Below, piece by piece: positions 1 through 6,066 of a DNA stretch of 35,165 nucleotides. The notes beneath the pieces are model-generated. The model saw only the letters and a program-made list of their open reading frames with translations. It searched no databases and was not told where the DNA came from. Position 1 is the stretch's first letter. Each line of letters opens with the position of its first letter. Location: the IMG/VR virus record IMGVR_UViG_3300045988_039817, one strand, 5' to 3'. Origin of the DNA: a virus. A program made the translations under genes and the position numbers.

Positions 1-27
1 CGGGTTCGACTCCCGTACCCTGCTCCA
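1..27 (+). tRNA. 3'-terminal fragment of a tRNA gene (T-arm, acceptor 3' strand, discriminator T, CCA); the 5' part lies upstream of the window
   Basis: CGGG-TTCGACT-CCCG forms a T stem-loop, followed by ACCCTGC + T + CCA. Amino-acid identity cannot be read from this fragment. Confidence 0.6.
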
Positions 28-30
28 AAA
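1..30 (+). repeat. attL core (direct repeat, identical to 35136-35165)
   Basis: CGGGTTCGACTCCCGTACCCTGCTCCAAAA occurs at both ends of the window. Confidence 0.9.
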
Positions 31-35
31 CCAGA

Positions 36-72
36 AACCGCCTGATTCCAACAATCAGGCGGTTTTCCTTTT
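36..72 (+). terminator. Rho-independent terminator supplied by the phage directly after the reconstituted tRNA 3' end
   Basis: 12-bp stem AACCGCCTGATT (36-47) / AATCAGGCGGTT (53-64), loop CCAAC, then TTTTCCTTTT. Confidence 0.7.
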
Positions 73-185
73 ATTCACAAGGCTTCGCGGCTCGCCGCGC
101 GTCCGAGTCAGCACAAAACTCGTCCAGTCTTGCGGACGTTTTTGCCATCGGGAAAAACGACTTTTGACAACGAAATGGCAACGGG

Positions 186-530
186 CTATCCCCGCGGCCG
201 CCGATATGTTCCGGCTGCCTGCGCCAGCAGGAGGCGGAGGTAGTCGGGGCAGCTCCGCGCGCCACTCTCCCAGTTCTCCACCGTCCGGCGGGGGATGCAG
301 TATCGGACGGCAAAGGCGGCCTGAGACAAGCCGGTATGGGCGCGGATGTCGCGGATGGTCAGGTGGGCCGCGTCCCACAGATGGCCCAGCTCCTTGACGC
401 GGTCCGCCGGGACGTCCGCCTCCGGCGCATCGCCCCAGACGGAGGACAGAGACCAGTCGGAGACAAAAGCGTCTCGGTCGGCGCAGTCCAGGGCAGCGGC
501 CCACAGGGTGTTAAACAGTTTGTCTGTCAT
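186..530 (-). CDS. HTH (XRE-like) DNA-binding protein, last gene of the cargo cassette (Aca-like position)
   Basis: Start taken at internal ATG 530 (MTDKLFNTLW...). C-terminal LTIRDIRAHTGLSQAAFAVRYCIPRRTVENWESGARSCPDYLRLLL is a typical HTH with an IPxRTxxxWE signature. Confidence 0.6.
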   Translation of the reverse strand: MTDKLFNTLWAAALDCADRDAFVSDWSLSSVWGDAPEADVPADRVKELGHLWDAAHLTIRDIRAHTGLSQAAFAVRYCIPRRTVENWESGARSCPDYLRLLLAQAAGTYRRPRG

Positions 531-557
531 GTTTAATATCCTTTCATAGTGAAAATT

Positions 558-590
558 GTAAAAAAGGAAAAACACCGGCAACCGGTGCTT
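558..590 (-). terminator. Terminator-like hairpin plus U-run about 30 nt upstream of the 186..530 start codon
   Basis: The - strand reads CACCGG-TTG-CCGGTG followed by TTTTTCCTTTTTT. Confidence 0.5.
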
Positions 591-688
591 TTCCTGCGCT
601 TGAAGTGTTTGTCCTTCTTACCTTTTCAATCCACGGCGGCGGGATCGCGCCGCACCAGATGCAAGCGCCTCTTGCATCCGACAAAAAA

Positions 689-717
689 AGTCTAACACGC
701 CGCGTAGGAAATGTCAA
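689..717 (-). promoter_or_regulatory. Sigma70-type promoter (TTGACA-17-TAGACT)
   Basis: -35 TTGACA at 717-712, 17-nt spacer, -10 TAGACT at 694-689, immediately after the stop codon of 724..1053. Confidence 0.5.
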
Positions 718-723
718 GCACCT

Positions 724-1053
724 TCATAATTGCGAGCCGCCAGCCAAATATGCGGCGTTCTCTCGCTCACAGATTTCGTCCTCAGTCAAGGTTCTGGCAA
801 TCATGTCAGCGATACGCTGTTTAGACGCGAAGCGATTGGTGATGCCGACCTTGATAACATCATCATCGTGGTAGACCGTCCATTCCTCGCGGTCCCAGTG
901 ATACTTTCCCCATACCTCGCCGGTGGACTTGTCGTAAAAGATCTCCATGTACTCCCCCGTGCGGGAGCCGAGGCCCCTGGTGTATTCGGACGCTTCGGCC
1001 AAATCCTCCATGTTGATTTTTCTGCCGTGGGTGTTGATCTCCATGTTTGCCAT
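724..1053 (-). CDS. Hypothetical protein (cargo cassette)
   Basis: 109-aa ORF with RBS AAGGGGGG 8 nt upstream of the ATG. No recognisable motif. Confidence 0.6.
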   Translation of the reverse strand: MANMEINTHGRKINMEDLAEASEYTRGLGSRTGEYMEIFYDKSTGEVWGKYHWDREEWTVYHDDDVIKVGITNRFASKQRIADMIARTLTEDEICERENAAYLAGGSQL

Positions 1054-1066
1054 GACATAGCCCCCC

Positions 1067-1603
1067 TTAGTCCCAAATATTCCGTCCGCAGTGTGCCGCC
1101 CACGCGCTGTTCATGGCGGCGATGGCCTGCTCGTGGTTGTCGCCGTTGATGATGGCCTCCAGCGCCATCATGCCGGCTGCGGATTTTGCGTCGTTTTCGG
1201 ACGCCGCGAAATCTGCAGCGTCCAGATACGCCTTGGCGCGGGGGTACTGGGCGTACATGACATCCATGTCATACTTCGGCTTGGGACGGACGCCCACGCC
1301 GCCGCCGTTCTCGCTGTCAAAGCTGGCGTCAAATTCCAGTTTCCAGTTTACCAGATCGGCGCGGGCAGCTTCGATCTCCCGCAGTCCGGGGATGACGGCG
1401 ATTTCCTCCTGTCGCTCCTGCTCTGCGCGGATACCGGCTTCGCGTTGCTCCAGCAGCATGGACACGATCTCCGGCTTTGCGGCTTTGATGGCGGCAAGAG
1501 CCGCTTTGTCGGCGCGGTACACAACCAGATTTCCTGTGGGCTGGCCGTGTTCGTCGAGTTTCAGGGAGATCCTGTACCGCAAAATCAGTTCCTGTGCGTT
1601 CAT
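1067..1603 (-). CDS. Hypothetical protein (cargo cassette)
   Basis: ORF 1067..1633. The internal ATG 1603 (MNAQELILRY...) is preferred because AGGAGGA lies 8 nt upstream. No recognisable motif. Confidence 0.6.
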   Translation of the reverse strand: MNAQELILRYRISLKLDEHGQPTGNLVVYRADKAALAAIKAAKPEIVSMLLEQREAGIRAEQERQEEIAVIPGLREIEAARADLVNWKLEFDASFDSENGGGVGVRPKPKYDMDVMYAQYPRAKAYLDAADFAASENDAKSAAGMMALEAIINGDNHEQAIAAMNSAWAAHCGRNIWD

Positions 1604-1681
1604 GTTCTGTTCCTCCTGTTCAAAAATTTTCATGGGTTGGGGCTGATGCGCTCAACCCCTCCAGAAGCGTTGTTGCCGCTA

Positions 1682-1888
1682 TCAGTGGGTCAGCGCTACT
1701 GCCGTAGCGGCCACGCGCTCCTCGGCGGTGCGGATGCTGTCCGCCTTGCGGTAGGTGTGGGCGACCGGGGCATCCCGGAAATCGTGCGCCGCGAAGTCGG
1801 CGGCGGCGTCCTTGTTGTCAAACCATGCCTCCCGGCAGAAGCTGGATCCCCACACTGCGTAGGTGACGCTGTAAAAAGTCTTAGCCAT
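1682..1888 (-). CDS. Small hypothetical protein (first gene of the cargo cassette)
   Basis: ATG 1888 (MAKTFYSVTYAVWG...) is preceded by an AGGGAG RBS and lies about 50 nt downstream of the promoter at 1943-1971. Confidence 0.5.
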   Translation of the reverse strand: MAKTFYSVTYAVWGSSFCREAWFDNKDAAADFAAHDFRDAPVAHTYRKADSIRTAEERVAATAVALTH

Positions 1889-1942
1889 GATGTTTCTCCC
1901 TTTCTGCCGCTGTGCGGCTGCACTGTTTTTTGATCTGTCTAT

Positions 1943-1971
1943 ATAATACCACTCAGCGGGTGGTATGTCAA
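1943..1971 (-). promoter_or_regulatory. Strong sigma70-type promoter with extended -10 (TTGACA-17-TGgTATTAT) driving the cargo cassette
   Basis: -35 TTGACA at 1971-1966, 17-nt spacer, TG then TATTAT at 1948-1943. It lies directly downstream of the lysis-module terminator. Confidence 0.65.
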
Positions 1972-1982
1972 GCCTTTTCTGC

Positions 1983-2017
1983 AAAAAATGAAAAAAGATG
2001 CACCGAAACGGTGCATC
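1983..2017 (-). terminator. Rho-independent terminator closing the late (lysis) operon
   Basis: The - strand reads GATGCACC-GTTTC-GGTGCATC followed by TTTTTTCATTTTTTG, about 90 nt after the endolysin stop codon. Confidence 0.7.
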
Positions 2018-2110
2018 TTTCTCTTCACTCCCGCAGCAGCTTCTGCCACGTGTTCTCACCCGCGATGCCATTGACACTAAGAACGTTGAACGCTCAAAAG
2101 AGTTACTGCT

Positions 2111-3022
2111 TTACTTCACCAGTTCCCATGTGCCGCTTACGCCGCCAGAGCTGTTCATGATCCGCACCAGCAGCTCGCCGGGTGTGGGGTTCGCCGACTC
2201 TGCGGGCTTGTCCGCGCCACCTGCGCCCTCCAGCCAGTTCAGCGTTCCTTTGTATTCATACTGGATGCCGCTGGTATTGCCGCTGACGGTGACATTTGTG
2301 ACCTCGTACACATAGCCAAGGGACGGGTTGATCAGAAAATCTCCGGCCCTGTATGCAGCGTAATAAGTGGACATCGAGGATGCCGCGCCGTTTTGCGGCG
2401 TATTAGCGAAGGTCTCCCACCAACACGTGCCGCGCTTGTCTTCCTCCACATACGGAATACCGAACCACTCACAAAGCCCCTTGGCCGCGCTCTCGGCGAT
2501 CTCCTTCATGTGGGTGTGGAACCATGTGGCATCCTCCATGTTGTCGTGGAACACGTGCTCTTCGTAGTAGCTCACCGCCTTGGGCTTGTAAAGCTCATAC
2601 CACTTGGAGTTGGCCACAAGTTTTACCGTGCCCGGGTAAATTTGCTTCCGGTACTTCACCATGATCTCGCCCAGTTTGTTGCCGTGCTTGGAATAGGTGT
2701 AGTACATAGGGAAGCAACCCCGGGAGTTGCCCTTGCCGTCTGCGCTGCCGTTAGTGTGGCTGACGTAATGCACGTCCGCGCCCCACGCATCGCTCTCCCG
2801 CACGTTCTGCTTCATGATGTCGTTGCCGTTGTCGCCGTTCATGGGGGTGCGCCGATAACCGCGCTTTGTCTCGATGCCGCAGCGGTGAAGGATGGGCTCA
2901 AGGATGTCGATGTACTCATTGTTCTCCAGTGCCTCATAGCACTGCTGTCCGTCCGGGCGGGGATATACACAGGGGTTTGCCCTGTGCATAGCCGGGGACA
3001 GGTAGACCTTCGGGGCGGCCAT
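2111..3022 (-). CDS. Endolysin: N-acetylmuramoyl-L-alanine amidase (Amidase_3-like) with a C-terminal module shared with the tail fibre
   Basis: VYLSPAMHRAN, ESDAWGADVHYVSHTNGS and EEHVFHDN match the phage MurNAc-LAA pattern (YLxPSxQxxN / SNxWGAxxHxxIHTNA / ECEFHD). Position is directly after the holin. Confidence 0.8.
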   Translation of the reverse strand: MAAPKVYLSPAMHRANPCVYPRPDGQQCYEALENNEYIDILEPILHRCGIETKRGYRRTPMNGDNGNDIMKQNVRESDAWGADVHYVSHTNGSADGKGNSRGCFPMYYTYSKHGNKLGEIMVKYRKQIYPGTVKLVANSKWYELYKPKAVSYYEEHVFHDNMEDATWFHTHMKEIAESAAKGLCEWFGIPYVEEDKRGTCWWETFANTPQNGAASSMSTYYAAYRAGDFLINPSLGYVYEVTNVTVSGNTSGIQYEYKGTLNWLEGAGGADKPAESANPTPGELLVRIMNSSGGVSGTWELVK

Positions 3023-3507
3023 TACTCCGCCTCCTCCGGCTGGCTCTCCGCCTCCACCGGCACGGTCTCCGCCTGTTTCTCCGTCACGGTTTTCAGTTTT
3101 TCGATTAATTTAAGCAGGAACTCCGGCACGGGTGCGCCGATGGCCGCCACGTTCTCCAGGATGGAGATCAGCTCGTTAATGATCAGCCACACAATGACAA
3201 TAGCCGCTATGAGGAACTCAATATTGATGTGCACGCCCACCTGATCCAGGCCGTAGCGCAGCAGGTAGTCCGCGCCCATCGCCACCGCCACGATGACCAG
3301 GTAGCCTACCTTCTTCAGGATACCCCTGATGCCCGTCCGGCTGCACAGCGTCCCGGCGTTCCACGCCTTGGCCATGCCCGTGCCGTAATCCGCCAGCATG
3401 GCGATCACCAGCACGATCAGCGGCACGATCAGCTGTACCAGGTAGCTGGAGGCCACGCCCAGCGCGGCGGCCAGCACGGCAATGATGGGATTGATGTTCT
3501 CTTTCAT
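3022..3507 (-). CDS. Holin (Phage_holin_4_1 / TcdE-like family)
   Basis: Several TM helices. The MLADYGTGMAKAW...SRTGIRGILKKVGYLVIV signature is typical. The stop codon abuts the endolysin start. Confidence 0.8.
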   Translation of the reverse strand: MKENINPIIAVLAAALGVASSYLVQLIVPLIVLVIAMLADYGTGMAKAWNAGTLCSRTGIRGILKKVGYLVIVAVAMGADYLLRYGLDQVGVHINIEFLIAAIVIVWLIINELISILENVAAIGAPVPEFLLKLIEKLKTVTEKQAETVPVEAESQPEEAE

Positions 3508-3543
3508 AGTTGTTCGTCCTTTCCGGGTCTATGCCCTTTCCGT

Positions 3544-3618
3544 TTATCTTCCGCTTTTCAGAAGCGCCGCGGCGCAGAAGCCGACGCACACGCCGAGGAT
3601 GATGTAGATGATGGTCAT
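3544..3618 (-). CDS. Possible 24-aa membrane peptide (MTIIYIILGVCVGFCAAALLKSGR)
   Basis: Not in the ORF track because it is too short. GGAGG lies 9 nt upstream. Single hydrophobic helix. It fills the gap between the XkdX-like gene and the holin. Confidence 0.35.
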   Translation of the reverse strand: MTIIYIILGVCVGFCAAALLKSGR

Positions 3619-3621
3619 GGG

Positions 3622-3744
3622 TTATGCCTCCCCCACGATCTCCCGGTACTCATCCTCCGTCAGCTTTCCCTTAACCACGGCGTTGCGGACCATCTCCTTC
3701 GTCCACAGACCGAATTTGTACCACGCTTTGATCTCCTCTTTCAT
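3622..3744 (-). CDS. xkdX: XkdX-family small protein
   Basis: 40 aa: MKEEIKAWYKFGLWTKEMVRNAVVKGKLTEDEYREIVGEA, matching the WY..G.WT.E.V...V.KG.IT.EEY.EI pattern. GGAGGG RBS. Not in the ORF track. Confidence 0.6.
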   Translation of the reverse strand: MKEEIKAWYKFGLWTKEMVRNAVVKGKLTEDEYREIVGEA

Positions 3745-3747
3745 GGT

Positions 3748-4086
3748 TTATCCCTCCATCATGGTATCGGTCATCATCGCTGTGTATGTGACCTGTGCTT
3801 CGATGCGGTCCAGCTGGGTCGGAGACGCCGCCGTCTCCACTTTGATCTCTTCGCCGTTCTCCGCTGACACAACCTCCAGCCGGGTAAACGCCGGGATCAG
3901 CACCTTCTCCCCGTTCATGACGGCTTCGTGGGAGACTTCCTGTGTCTCGATTTCCACCCAGGGGAACTTTTCAGGCATGGGTACTTGGTCTGTATTCCAG
4001 AATGCCCAGCCCTTCTGCAAATCGCCGCCACGCTGGAAAGCGTGGCTACCGTCAGGGTTCTTCTCGGTCTGAATAAACATTTCCAC
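3748..4086 (-). CDS. XkdW-like small tail-associated protein (hypothetical)
   Basis: GTG start with AAGGAGG 10 nt upstream. It lies between the tail fibre and XkdX. The C-terminal QVTYTAMMTDTMME resembles the XkdW family tail. Confidence 0.55.
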   Translation of the reverse strand: MEMFIQTEKNPDGSHAFQRGGDLQKGWAFWNTDQVPMPEKFPWVEIETQEVSHEAVMNGEKVLIPAFTRLEVVSAENGEEIKVETAASPTQLDRIEAQVTYTAMMTDTMMEG

Positions 4087-4101
4087 GATTGCTGAACCTC
4101 C

Positions 4102-6054
4102 TTACAAATCGAGGATTAAGATATTAAGATGTGTGCTAAATGTTGCACCGTTTTTCGCAACAATAGTTAATTTCCCGTTTGTCGGGTTACTAACAGATAA
4201 TGCGGTGTCTTGGAAAGTGCTGCCCACAGTACCGGCACGAAACTGTACAAAGCATACGCAATTAGCCTTGATAGCACTATTGCTATACTCGGCTATACCA
4301 TTTGTAAATGTAACAGCTGCATTCCAAACGGCAATAATTTTCGCGGTGGAGACAAGCTCGTAGTTGTTATACCTCACCACACCCTTGGGGATTTCGATCA
4401 GTCTGCTGGTATAGTCGGTGGAGTCGTCGTTGTAATGGAAGTCGATATATCCGCCGTTGCCGGCGGACGCACCGGGAAACAGCTCAATGGCCTTCGGCGA
4501 AATTGCATCCCCCAAGTGGGTGTGGTATGCTTCTGCCGCGCCCACATTGGTTGCCGACAGGGTGATGTTTCCGTTGTTGTCCGGCGTCACGCCGTTCACG
4601 CTGGCCGGGTATCCTCTCGGCCCTTGCGGCCCTTGCGGGCCAATCGGACCGGTAGCTCCCGGGTCACCCTTCTCGCCCCTTGCGCCTTGGATACCTTGTT
4701 CACCCTGCGGGCCGGTCGCGCCGGCGTCGCCCTTCGGGCCTTGAATGCCCTGCTCACCCTGCGCGCCCTGCTCACCTTGCGGGCCTTGCGGGCCAATCGG
4801 ACCGGTGTCTCCCTGGGGGCCTTTTAGCGACCCCTTATACTCGTACTGAATGCTGCTGGTGTTGCCGCTGACGGTGACGTTCGTGACCTCGTAGACATAA
4901 CCGAGAGACGGATTGATCAGGAAGTCGCCCACCTTGTATGCGGCATAGAGCGTAGACATTGACGAGGCCGCGCCGCTCTGCGGCGTGCTGGCAGTGGTCT
5001 CCCACCAGCCCGTCCCGCGCTCTCCGGTCGCACCAGGGTCGCCCTTGTCGCCCTTCGGGCCTTGCGGACCGGTAGCTCCCGGTTCACCCTTCTCGCCCCT
5101 TGCGCCCTGGATACCTTTTTCACCCTGCGGGCCGGTCGCGCCGGTGTCGCCCTTCGGGCCTTGAATGCCCTGCACGCCCTGCGCGCCCTGCTCACCTTGC
5201 GGGCCTTGCGGGCCAATCGCACCGGTGTCTCCCTGGGGGCCTTTTAGCGACCCCTTATACTCGTACTGAATGCTGCTGGTGTTGCCGCTGACGGTGACGT
5301 TCGTGACCTCGTAGACATAACCGAGAGACGGATTGATCAGGAAGTCGCCCACCTTGTATGCGGCATAGAGCGTAGACATTGACGAGGCCGCGCCGCTCTG
5401 CGGCGTGCTGGCAGTGGTCTCCCACCAGCCCGTCCCGCGCTCTCCGGTCGCACCAGGGTCGCCCTTGTCGCCCTTCGGGCCTTGCTGTGCCGATACGCCG
5501 CTATCGACATACTTGCCGGCAGCCTGATCCCATACATACCAGTTCCCATTGCTGCCGATGGTGGGCGTATGTACGGTCGCCTGCTCTGCTCGGTCGGCAG
5601 CCGCGACCGCCTCCGCAACTTTAGCCGTCAGAATGTTGTAGTAATCACTGGAGATGATAGGTGCGTCCGGGTATACGCTGGGTGCGACCTCGATTGCAAA
5701 TCGGAACGTGGCCAGTTTTTCAGCTGCAGCTCCAGTCGCTGCGCCGTAGACGTCCACCTGCGCGAACACGACGCCGGCGGCAGTGAGCAACTGGGTCGCC
5801 ACAGGGATGGTGACGACATTGCCGGATACGGAGATCTTCGCGCCGCCCTCGGTGACATCGTATAGTCCACCCGTGCCGTCAGGCTTCCGGAAGCGCATCA
5901 TGACCGCCGCAGAAGCTGGCACGTTGTAGGGTTGGCTGTCGTCCCAGAGAGAGGCTACGATGGTGCGGGTATTACTGTCTCCCTGGACCATGTGCAGACG
6001 AGGCGGAATTCCGTCCGCCGTCAGGTTGAGGGAAACATTTTGATTTACATTCAC
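4102..6054 (-). CDS. Tail fibre / receptor-binding protein: BppU-like N-terminal domain, collagen-like G-X-Y tracts, duplicated beta-module, low-GC C-terminal tip
   Basis: N-terminus [30 protein letters not shown] is BppU_N-like. Long [13 protein letters not shown]... runs. GTG start with AAGGAGG RBS. Confidence 0.85.
   Translation of the reverse strand: MNVNQNVSLNLTADGIPPRLHMVQGDSNTRTIVASLWDDSQPYNVPASAAVMMRFRKPDGTGGLYDVTEGGAKISVSGNVVTIPVATQLLTAAGVVFAQVDVYGAATGAAAEKLATFRFAIEVAPSVYPDAPIISSDYYNILTAKVAEAVAAADRAEQATVHTPTIGSNGNWYVWDQAAGKYVDSGVSAQQGPKGDKGDPGATGERGTGWWETTASTPQSGAASSMSTLYAAYKVGDFLINPSLGYVYEVTNVTVSGNTSSIQYEYKGSLKGPQGDTGAIGPQGPQGEQGAQGVQGIQGPKGDTGATGPQGEKGIQGARGEKGEPGATGPQGPKGDKGDPGATGERGTGWWETTASTPQSGAASSMSTLYAAYKVGDFLINPSLGYVYEVTNVTVSGNTSSIQYEYKGSLKGPQGDTGPIGPQGPQGEQGAQGEQGIQGPKGDAGATGPQGEQGIQGARGEKGDPGATGPIGPQGPQGPRGYPASVNGVTPDNNGNITLSATNVGAAEAYHTHLGDAISPKAIELFPGASAGNGGYIDFHYNDDSTDYTSRLIEIPKGVVRYNNYELVSTAKIIAVWNAAVTFTNGIAEYSNSAIKANCVCFVQFRAGTVGSTFQDTALSVSNPTNGKLTIVAKNGATFSTHLNILILDL
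4645..5485 (-). repeat. Tandem duplication, 2 x 420 bp, inside the tail fibre gene
   Basis: 4801-5065 is base-for-base identical to 5221-5485 in a line-by-line comparison. The flanking collagen-coding parts differ at a few positions. Confidence 0.9.
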
Positions 6055-6066
6055 GCCAATACCTCC

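Noticed and set aside
100-150. Weak hairpin CGTCC-N8-GGACG with a short T-run downstream of gene 186..530
   Set aside because: The stem is only 5 bp and the flanks are ambiguous on both strands, so support is too weak to annotate a terminator.
605-874. ORF 605..874 (+) and the 18-codon ATG ORF inside the 558-717 transcript
   Set aside because: There is no RBS. The first overlaps the antisense strand of gene 724..1053. The second has no Shine-Dalgarno sequence and lies inside the predicted hairpins.
4600-5500. Repeats in the tail fibre considered as a CRISPR array or as a diversity-generating retroelement TR/VR pair (with the endolysin copy)
   Set aside because: The period is 420 bp of coding sequence, with no spacer structure. 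No reverse transcriptase gene is present. The differences between the lysin and fibre copies involve all base types rather than adenine-specific substitutions.
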